The translations under genes were made by a program, and so were the position numbers. A stretch of 64,000 nucleotides of DNA, taken from contig OZ220741.1 in assembly GCA_965116885.1 (NCBI GenBank), positions 5,216,001 to 5,280,000 of the forward strand. The letters run 5' to 3'. This document shows, in pieces, positions 57,097-64,000 of the stretch. Each line of letters opens with the position of its first letter. The stretch's first letter is position 1. Under the pieces are notes generated by a model. It ran no database searches, had not been told where the DNA came from, and saw only the letters and a list, made by a program, of their open reading frames with translations. The stretch is from Candidatus Latescibacterota bacterium. GTDB lineage: Bacteria > Latescibacterota > UBA2968.

Positions 57097-58551
57097 ATGC
57101 GCCTGAGAGAACTGCTATCTGACGTGCCAGATGTCGTGAGGACGCGCGGAAATAATCCCAATATCGGGGGTATTGCAACCCATTCTGGACGCGTCAAAGA
57201 AGGCGATCTATTTGTCGCACTCAGCAGCGATGGGAGCCTTCCTGATCGACATCCGTTTATTTTTCAGGCGGTTCAGGCTGGTGCTCGAGCCATTGTTGCC
57301 GAACGCGATGTCGATGTAGGAGATACGGCTTTTGTTCAAACGACCGACACGCACCGCGCACTTGCACACATTGCCCATCGCTTTTACAACAAGCCGAGTA
57401 AGCAGTTGAAAATGATTGGTGTTACGGGCACCAATGGCAAAACCTCGACTGTTTATCTCATTCGCGCTGTGCTCAATGCGGCTGGTTTGGCGCCGGGTTT
57501 GATTGGAACTATTGAGCACGACCTCGGCATAACACGCGAAATATCGCATAATTCTACGCCGCAGGCTCACGACTTACACCGCATGTTTCGCGCTATGGTC
57601 GATGCGAGTTGCCGGTCAGCCGTGATGGAAGTGACCTCACACGGGCTGGCGCAAAACCGCGTGTTGGGCATTGATTACGAAGTTGCGGTATTTACCAACC
57701 TGACGCGTGATCATCTGGATTATCACAATACACCTGGCGCCTATTTGGCTGCCAAGGCACGGCTCTTTGACAATCTCAGATCGGATGCTTATGCAGTCGT
57801 CAATACAGACGACGCGGCATCGAAAATATTGATGCAAAAATGTTCGGCACACTTGTTGAGCTATGGACGATTAGAAGATGCGACAGTACGCATTTTAGAG
57901 GGCAGCACTTCGCAGGGTGGTACGCGACTTTGCTTGCAAACACCGCGAGGAAAAATAGATCTGGAACTGGCACTTCAAGGTGACTTTCAATTGTACAATG
58001 CCACTGCAGCTGTCACTGCTGGCCTCGCGTTGGAGATCGAACCTGACATCATCGCAGAAGCTTTGCGCGAAATTCGAATTCCAGGTCGTTTTGAAGGCAT
58101 TGATTGCGGACAAAATTTTGGGGTATTTGTCGATTATGCACACGCGCCAGATGGGCTAAAAAATGTGCTGCAAACCGCGCGTGCATTTGCCCGAGGGCAA
58201 TTGATTTGCGTATTTGGTTGCGGAGGAGATCGCGATAAGGGCAAGCGCCCTGTGATGGGCGACTTGTCTGCAAAGTTGGCCGATCTATCTGTGGTGACAT
58301 CAGATAATCCTCGCACCGAAGACCCCGATGCCATTATTGCCGATATTTTGCCCGGTCTGGGCGATGCTCCGCACATCGTTGAACCCAATCGCCGGCGGGC
58401 AATTGAAAAAGCCATTGCAAAAGCGCGGGCAGGCGACCTCGTGCTCATTGCGGGTAAGGGGCACGAAAATTATCAGGAAACCAATGGGATTAAAGCCCCT
58501 TTTGACGATCGGGAAGTTGCACGGGAAATACTCGAGTGCAAAGTGGGGTGA
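57097..58551 (+). CDS. murE: UDP-MurNAc-tripeptide synthetase (meso-DAP type)
   Basis: GTNGKTS, NLTRDHLDYH, DYAH, DNPR, GKGHE. Confidence 0.95.
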   Translation: MRLRELLSDVPDVVRTRGNNPNIGGIATHSGRVKEGDLFVALSSDGSLPDRHPFIFQAVQAGARAIVAERDVDVGDTAFVQTTDTHRALAHIAHRFYNKPSKQLKMIGVTGTNGKTSTVYLIRAVLNAAGLAPGLIGTIEHDLGITREISHNSTPQAHDLHRMFRAMVDASCRSAVMEVTSHGLAQNRVLGIDYEVAVFTNLTRDHLDYHNTPGAYLAAKARLFDNLRSDAYAVVNTDDAASKILMQKCSAHLLSYGRLEDATVRILEGSTSQGGTRLCLQTPRGKIDLELALQGDFQLYNATAAVTAGLALEIEPDIIAEALREIRIPGRFEGIDCGQNFGVFVDYAHAPDGLKNVLQTARAFARGQLICVFGCGGDRDKGKRPVMGDLSAKLADLSVVTSDNPRTEDPDAIIADILPGLGDAPHIVEPNRRRAIEKAIAKARAGDLVLIAGKGHENYQETNGIKAPFDDREVAREILECKVG

Positions 58552-59933
58552 TGGGTTATATGGAAGGGTTAACACTATCAGATGTAATTGAATCGACCCA
58601 TGGTCATTGGATTGGAAAGAATGATCCTTCCGCTATTGTGCCAACAGGGGTCAGTATTGATACAAGGACGCTCAAACCGGGCGAAATTTTCTTTGCATTG
58701 CCCGGTGAAAAGGTCGATGGTCACCAATTTTTGGACGCTGCATTTGCCAGAGGAGCCTGTGCTGCGGTAGTCACAAGGTCTGGTGCTCGGGAATCGCAGC
58801 AATCAGAACTGTTGGTCGCTGTCGATGCCCCCGATTTGGCTCTGGGCGATCTGGCGCGGTCTTATCGCAGGCGTTTCGACATTCCCGTTATTGGTATTAC
58901 GGGTAGCAGTGGCAAAACCACAACTAAAGATATGGTCGCTGCTGTTTTGAGCACGCGGTATCGGGTTTTGGCCACAAAGGGAAATCTCAATAGCAGACTG
59001 GGGGTACCGCTCACCTTATTCAACCTGTCGGCACATTGCGATGTCGCAGTTATTGAAATGGGCATTAGCGAACGCGATGGCATGCACTATCTGTGCAAAA
59101 TTGCGCAACCGACCATCGGCATGATAACCAATATCGGACCAGCACATCTCGAGTTTTTCGGCTCTGTAGAGGGTGTGGCAAAAGCCAAAGGGGAACTTCT
59201 GGAATATCTAGACGAGTCTTCTATGACTATCTTGAATCTCGATGACCTGTTTTTGTCCAAGGAGATAGTAAAAGTTAAGGGGAGACTCCTGGGCATTGGC
59301 ATCGAACAGATATGTCAATTTCGTGGGGAGGGACTCAAACTAGATCAGAAGGGTTTTGGTCATTTCTCTCTACAGGGCCATTATTTTCACCTGTCAATTC
59401 CGGGCAAGCACAATGTGTATAACGCGCTGATGGCCGCAACGGCAGGTTGGGCACTCAATGTGCCCCTACAAGATGCGGCAAAAGCACTTGAAAATTTCAC
59501 ATTGACCGAATTGAGAAGTCAGGTGCTGGAACACAATGGGATTCGCCTGATCAACGACACTTACAACGCCAATCCCGCATCGATGGGGGCGGCGCTTGAG
59601 ACCTTATCGCAAATCGAAGTGGATGGTCGGAGAATCGCAGTAGTGGGGGATATGCGCGAATTAGGAGCAATGACCCACGACGCACATCGGGCATTGGGGC
59701 GCGAAGCTGGCAATCGGCAAATTGACGCACTCTTCGCGCTGGGCGACCTGGCGGAGGTGGTCGTTGACGGGGGGCGCGAAGCAGGTATAGATCAGGCGTG
59801 GGCTTATGCAGACCGGGATGCGTTAACCAGCGCATTGCAGACTTATTTGAAGCCTGGAGACTTGATGCTCATCAAGGGATCACGCGGCATTGCAATGGAA
59901 AGAATAGTTACAGCACTGGGATTTGAAATGTAA
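58551..59933 (+). CDS. murF: UDP-MurNAc-pentapeptide synthetase
   Basis: GSSGKTTTK, EMG, AHLE, NDTYNANP, KGSR; TGATG overlap with murE. Confidence 0.95.
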   Translation: MGYMEGLTLSDVIESTHGHWIGKNDPSAIVPTGVSIDTRTLKPGEIFFALPGEKVDGHQFLDAAFARGACAAVVTRSGARESQQSELLVAVDAPDLALGDLARSYRRRFDIPVIGITGSSGKTTTKDMVAAVLSTRYRVLATKGNLNSRLGVPLTLFNLSAHCDVAVIEMGISERDGMHYLCKIAQPTIGMITNIGPAHLEFFGSVEGVAKAKGELLEYLDESSMTILNLDDLFLSKEIVKVKGRLLGIGIEQICQFRGEGLKLDQKGFGHFSLQGHYFHLSIPGKHNVYNALMAATAGWALNVPLQDAAKALENFTLTELRSQVLEHNGIRLINDTYNANPASMGAALETLSQIEVDGRRIAVVGDMRELGAMTHDAHRALGREAGNRQIDALFALGDLAEVVVDGGREAGIDQAWAYADRDALTSALQTYLKPGDLMLIKGSRGIAMERIVTALGFEM

Positions 59934-59985
59934 TTAAGGCACGAGGATGGGGTGGTCTGCTCATCCCTTATCTCTTACCTTTTTT

Positions 59986-61191
59986 ATGACACTGACAAAC
60001 GAACAAAGAGATGATCGAACCTGGATTCTGTTGCTGCTCATTGTGGTTATGCTGGTGGGCTTTGGTACAGTAATCGTGTATAGTGCCAGTTCTGGATTGG
60101 CACAACTACAATTTGACAACAGCAATTTTTTTCTCAACCGCTGGGCCATCCGCATGGCCATCAGTTTGGTTGTGATGGTTCTGCTGATTCACATAGACTA
60201 TCGCGTCTGGCGCAAAAAGGCGCGCTTGATGCTGGCCGTAGCTTTTGCTTTTTTACTCGTGTTGCTCATCCTCAAGCTATTTGGCATCGGTGGGGTGCGA
60301 GGTGCATATCGCTGGATACCATTGCCGGGTGGGCAATTTCAACCCGCCGACATGATGCGCGTGGTGCTGGTGCTTTATCTGGCCGATTCCCTGACGCGCC
60401 GCCAGGATGTAATTGAAAATTTCAAATCGGGCTTTTTACCGCATGTCGTGATCATCGGCACAGCAATGGTGATGATTTTGATGCAACCCGATTTGGGTAC
60501 GGCAATGGCGATTGGGCTGACCTGTGCATTGATGCTCTATCTGGGCGGGGTGCGGTTGCGACACCTCATAGCGACATTCGCAGGTCTTTTGCCTATTCTG
60601 TATGTAATTGTTTTTGTTTTTGGGTATCGCCGCGAGCGCGTAATGACGTTTATATTTCCCGGCGACGATGCGCAAAATACGGGATATCAGATTGCGCAGT
60701 CCCTTCTCGCCCTGGGCAGTGGTGGATTTTGGGGCACGGGCTTGGGACAGGGCCAGCAAAAATATTTCTTTTTGCCTGAGCCCCATACCGATTTTGTATT
60801 TAGCATTGTTGGTGAAGAACTCGGTTTGTGGGGCACCCTGCTCGTTTTAATTTTATTTTTAATTTTTGGTCGGTGCGGACTTCGCATTGCTCGCACAGCC
60901 CCCGACACCTTTGGTTTTTTATTTGCTTCTGGCATTACCATTACGATTCTGATTTATGCTCTGATCAATATGGGTGTAGCTACCGGGTTGCTGCCTGTCA
61001 CGGGACTTCCCCTTCCCTTTATCAGCTATGGTGGTTCATCCTTGATGTTTACACTCTCCGCGACAGGTGTGCTCATTGGCATTGGACGGGCAAGTACTCG
61101 AAACAAAACCCGTCACTCACCTGCTGCATCGCAAACCAGTCCCCGGCACGCGATGTACAGACGACATCACCTCATCACTCCCCGACGTTGA
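59986..61191 (+). CDS. ftsW: SEDS glycosyltransferase FtsW
   Basis: YSAS, GAYRWI, FQP, QPDLG, LPEPHTDF, LPFISYGGSS; alternative start 59947. Confidence 0.93.
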   Translation: MTLTNEQRDDRTWILLLLIVVMLVGFGTVIVYSASSGLAQLQFDNSNFFLNRWAIRMAISLVVMVLLIHIDYRVWRKKARLMLAVAFAFLLVLLILKLFGIGGVRGAYRWIPLPGGQFQPADMMRVVLVLYLADSLTRRQDVIENFKSGFLPHVVIIGTAMVMILMQPDLGTAMAIGLTCALMLYLGGVRLRHLIATFAGLLPILYVIVFVFGYRRERVMTFIFPGDDAQNTGYQIAQSLLALGSGGFWGTGLGQGQQKYFFLPEPHTDFVFSIVGEELGLWGTLLVLILFLIFGRCGLRIARTAPDTFGFLFASGITITILIYALINMGVATGLLPVTGLPLPFISYGGSSLMFTLSATGVLIGIGRASTRNKTRHSPAASQTSPRHAMYRRHHLITPRR

Positions 61192-61202
61192 ACGATTTCA
61201 AA

Positions 61203-62564
61203 ATGGTCTCATTCGACGCTGGAACCCGGGTGCATTTTATAGGCATTGGCGGCATAAGCATGAGTGCGTTGGCCGAATTGCTCGCCGCACGAGGATGCCT
61301 CATTTCGGGTTCTGACCGGCAGGACTCGCCGATCATCCGGCGTTTGGAACAACTCGGTATTCCCGTGCGCATTGGACATGCGCGCAGTGCCATCGCTGGA
61401 GCCGACTGCGTCGTTTATACATCGGCGACGGATTCTGAGAATCCCGAAAGAAAAGCGGCGCGGGAAAACGGCATCCCTCTGTTGCGCCGTGCAGAATTAC
61501 TCGGTCAACTCGTGAATCCACATCCCGCGATATGCGTGGCGGGCACGCATGGCAAGACCACCACAACGGCAATGATCTCGACCATGCTCAGCACTGCAAA
61601 CCAGGATCCCACAACTCTTGTAGGGGGTGTGATTTGCGGCTGGGAGACCGCGTTGCACATTGGTAATGGCGCGCTTTGGGTGGTAGAAGCCGACGAATAC
61701 GATCGCTCTTTTTTGACATTAAAACCCAAAATTGCCGTGGTGACAGCACTGGAAGCCGATCACCTCGACTGCTATGAAGATATGAATGACATTCGCGCGA
61801 CTTTTGAACAATTTGTCAATACCCTGCCCGACGATGGCTGTGCTGTATTGTGTGCCGACTCCCCCGAGATACGCCTGCTCAATCTCGATGGGCGATATGA
61901 AAAAATAACCTATGGCTTGACAGGCGGCGATCTTCGCGCAACGAATATTGAACAAGATGGTTTTGGGGTGGCCTTTGACGTATTAAAAAAAAATAAGCGG
62001 TTGGGGCGCACGCGCCTTCAAGTGCCGGGCAAACACAATGTGACTAATGGCCTATCAGCACTTGGAGTTGGCGTGTATGTCGGCCTCAATTGGGAAGAAA
62101 TTTGCAGTGGTATGGAAGCATTTCGAGGTGTTCATCGTCGGTTTGAAATACTCGGCAAAGCACAGGGGATCGCGGTGATTGATGATTACGCTCATCACCC
62201 CACAGAAATTGCCGCTACAATTCAGGCTGCGCGGGCGGGATGGTCTGGCCGCCTTGTGGTCGCTTTTCAACCGCATTTGTACACCCGCACGCGAGATTTT
62301 GCGCGAGATTTTGCCCAAGTGCTACAACGGGCCGATCGCGTGTGGATCACCGATATTTACCCCGCGCGAGAAGAACCCATTGCGGGTGTTGATGGAAAGT
62401 GGCTTGCCGATCAGATTCCCGGCGCAAATTACGCACCTGCGTTAAATGATCTAAAATCGGCATTGTTAAACGAATTGCACGCCGACGACCTGCTCCTGGT
62501 TATGGGCGCTGGGGATATTGAAACAGTTGCCCGCGATATTTACCAAATCCTTAGAGAAATATAA
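61203..62564 (+). CDS. murC: UDP-MurNAc-L-alanine ligase
   Basis: HFIGIGGISMS, GTHGKTTT, EADE, DHLD, DDYAHHP, FQPH; alternative TTG start 61188. Confidence 0.95.
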   Translation: MVSFDAGTRVHFIGIGGISMSALAELLAARGCLISGSDRQDSPIIRRLEQLGIPVRIGHARSAIAGADCVVYTSATDSENPERKAARENGIPLLRRAELLGQLVNPHPAICVAGTHGKTTTTAMISTMLSTANQDPTTLVGGVICGWETALHIGNGALWVVEADEYDRSFLTLKPKIAVVTALEADHLDCYEDMNDIRATFEQFVNTLPDDGCAVLCADSPEIRLLNLDGRYEKITYGLTGGDLRATNIEQDGFGVAFDVLKKNKRLGRTRLQVPGKHNVTNGLSALGVGVYVGLNWEEICSGMEAFRGVHRRFEILGKAQGIAVIDDYAHHPTEIAATIQAARAGWSGRLVVAFQPHLYTRTRDFARDFAQVLQRADRVWITDIYPAREEPIAGVDGKWLADQIPGANYAPALNDLKSALLNELHADDLLLVMGAGDIETVARDIYQILREI

Positions 62565-62568
62565 GGCA

Positions 62569-63486
62569 ATGTACGATGCACGACGCGATTTGCTCGCGAG
62601 AGAGATTCAAAGCCAATGCCGGGGCAAGCTCAAGCGCGATGAACCCCTCGCCAAACATACAACATTTGGGTTGGGCGGCGCAGCGGACCTCTTTTTTTCA
62701 CCGGCCGATCTCGGTGATCTGGCCATTGCTGTCCCCCTGATCAAAGACGCCGGGCTTCCAATTTTTCCGCTGGGCGGAGGAACAAATACGCTCGTGCGCG
62801 ACAGCGGATTCCGCGGTCTGGTCATTTCACTTACAACGGGCGCGCGACGCATTGAGATTGGAGATGACGAAGGCGTCATACAGGCGGGGGCGAGCACTCA
62901 GGTGGTATCTCGGCAATGCCAGCGGGCAGGCAAAACGGGATTGGAATTCGGATGCGGAATTCCCGGTACCATCGGCGGCGCAATATGGGGCAATGCCGGT
63001 GCCTGGGGCGGGGAAACGATGGATTGTGTAAACTGGCTGCGCGGTATTGATCTCAGAACGAGTCGAGAAATTTACCTCGAGCAATCCGACATCTCTTTTG
63101 GATATCGACACACTGATTTGCCCGATGATCTGCTCATTGTCGAAGCTGGATTTCGACTTGCAGAAGGTGATCCCAAAACCATTGCCGCTGAGATGGATCG
63201 CATGCTATCAGAGCGCAAGAGCACGCAACCGCTGTCAAACCGCAGTTCGGGGTGTATTTTTAAGAACCCACCAGGGCATTCTGCGGGAGCTCTCATCGAC
63301 AGTGCCGGATGCAAAGGGATGGCGATAGGGGCAGTGAAAGTTTCGGATGTACACGCCAATTTTATGGTCAACCTCGGCGGGCATTCCACCGAAGATGTGC
63401 TCGCGCTGATCGCACGGGTTCAAAAGCGCGTTTTTCAGGTTCACAAAATTGAATTGGAGACAGAAGTAGGAATATTAGGTGAATAA
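62569..63486 (+). CDS. murB: UDP-N-acetylenolpyruvoylglucosamine reductase
   Basis: GGGTN, IPGTIGGA..GNAG, FGYR, SGCIFKNP, HANF. Confidence 0.95.
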   Translation: MYDARRDLLAREIQSQCRGKLKRDEPLAKHTTFGLGGAADLFFSPADLGDLAIAVPLIKDAGLPIFPLGGGTNTLVRDSGFRGLVISLTTGARRIEIGDDEGVIQAGASTQVVSRQCQRAGKTGLEFGCGIPGTIGGAIWGNAGAWGGETMDCVNWLRGIDLRTSREIYLEQSDISFGYRHTDLPDDLLIVEAGFRLAEGDPKTIAAEMDRMLSERKSTQPLSNRSSGCIFKNPPGHSAGALIDSAGCKGMAIGAVKVSDVHANFMVNLGGHSTEDVLALIARVQKRVFQVHKIELETEVGILGE

Positions 63487-63572
63487 TGAACTTTTTCCAG
63501 GAGGGTTTTATGTCGGGATATAAACCAATCTACATATCTCACAGGTCTAAAAATATACCGGACGCGGTGAAC

Positions 63573-64000
63573 ATGACCCTGGACACAACCCCTAAACCGC
63601 AGAAGAGCCCGCGAAAGCTCGCGCGCTGGGTAATTGTTATGACGCTGATGAGTCTGCTGGTTGTGGGTATCCAAAATGCCTATTCATCTCTGGCAGATTC
63701 AGATTTCTTTCTCATGACACATATCCGAGTCCACGGCAACTCCATGATGTCTGAAGCTGAGGTCGTGACTCTTTCACAATTGCAGGTAGGCACAAATCTT
63801 TTTGCATGTGATATAACATCTGCAACGGAACGCGTGGCACAACACCCCGTAGTTAAAAAAGTGTTGCTACATAGAGAACCACCGGCAACACTGGTCATTA
63901 GCATCGAGGAACGCCACCCTGTTGGGCTGTTGAACACGCCCAATGGTTTGATGGGGCTGGATGAGTCCGGCAAAATTTTTCTCCTGCCTCCTGCTGCGCA
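63573..64000 (+). CDS. ftsQ: Cell division protein FtsQ/DivIB (truncated by window end)
   Basis: Hand translation: TM segment then POTRA (IRVHGN..GTNLF..HPVVKKV..REPPATLVISIEERHP); not in the ORF track because no stop in window. Confidence 0.85.
   Translation, partial: MTLDTTPKPQKSPRKLARWVIVMTLMSLLVVGIQNAYSSLADSDFFLMTHIRVHGNSMMSEAEVVTLSQLQVGTNLFACDITSATERVAQHPVVKKVLLHREPPATLVISIEERHPVGLLNTPNGLMGLDESGKIFLLPPAA

Noticed and set aside
60828..61202. N-terminal extension of MurC or hidden murG remnant
   Set aside because: Out-of-frame overlap with ftsW; no MurG GGTGGH motif
63241..63270. Cys in place of catalytic Ser in MurB (SGCIFKNP)
   Set aside because: Known natural variant of type II MurB

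Overview
Bacterial chromosomal window with no rRNA, tRNA, CRISPR array, transposase or integrase that I can see. Left third (0.9-23 kb): a dense sugar/sugar-acid catabolic region with five enolase-superfamily (mandelate racemase-type) dehydratases, three Gfo/Idh/MocA oxidoreductases, a sulfatase, an extended SDR, an aldo/keto reductase, an Ldh_2 dehydrogenase, a PhyH dioxygenase, a Tsx/OmpK-like porin and a TIM-barrel isomerase. Middle: a dpp-type ABC transporter split by an LRR-protein plus Doc toxin-antitoxin insert, a split M16B peptidase pair, a lysine riboswitch controlling dapA-dapB, an oversized transaldolase-like gene, hrcA-grpE-dnaJ (no dnaK) and glnA. Right third: uppS-cdsA-dxr-rseP and a dcw cluster (mraZ to partial ftsQ) lacking mraY, murD, murG and ddl. 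The most notable feature is three otherwise unrelated secreted proteins (metzincin-Ig-WD40, internalin-like LRR, and a CxxCH/temptin-like protein) that share one dockerin-like double EF-hand tag and sit as inserts between conserved genes; one lies inside a recent tandem duplication whose deletion scar is still readable. The overall profile resembles marine sponge-associated FCB-group bacteria (Latescibacterota/Gemmatimonadota-like), but that is inference from gene content only. All calls are from motif recognition by eye; no database searches were run.
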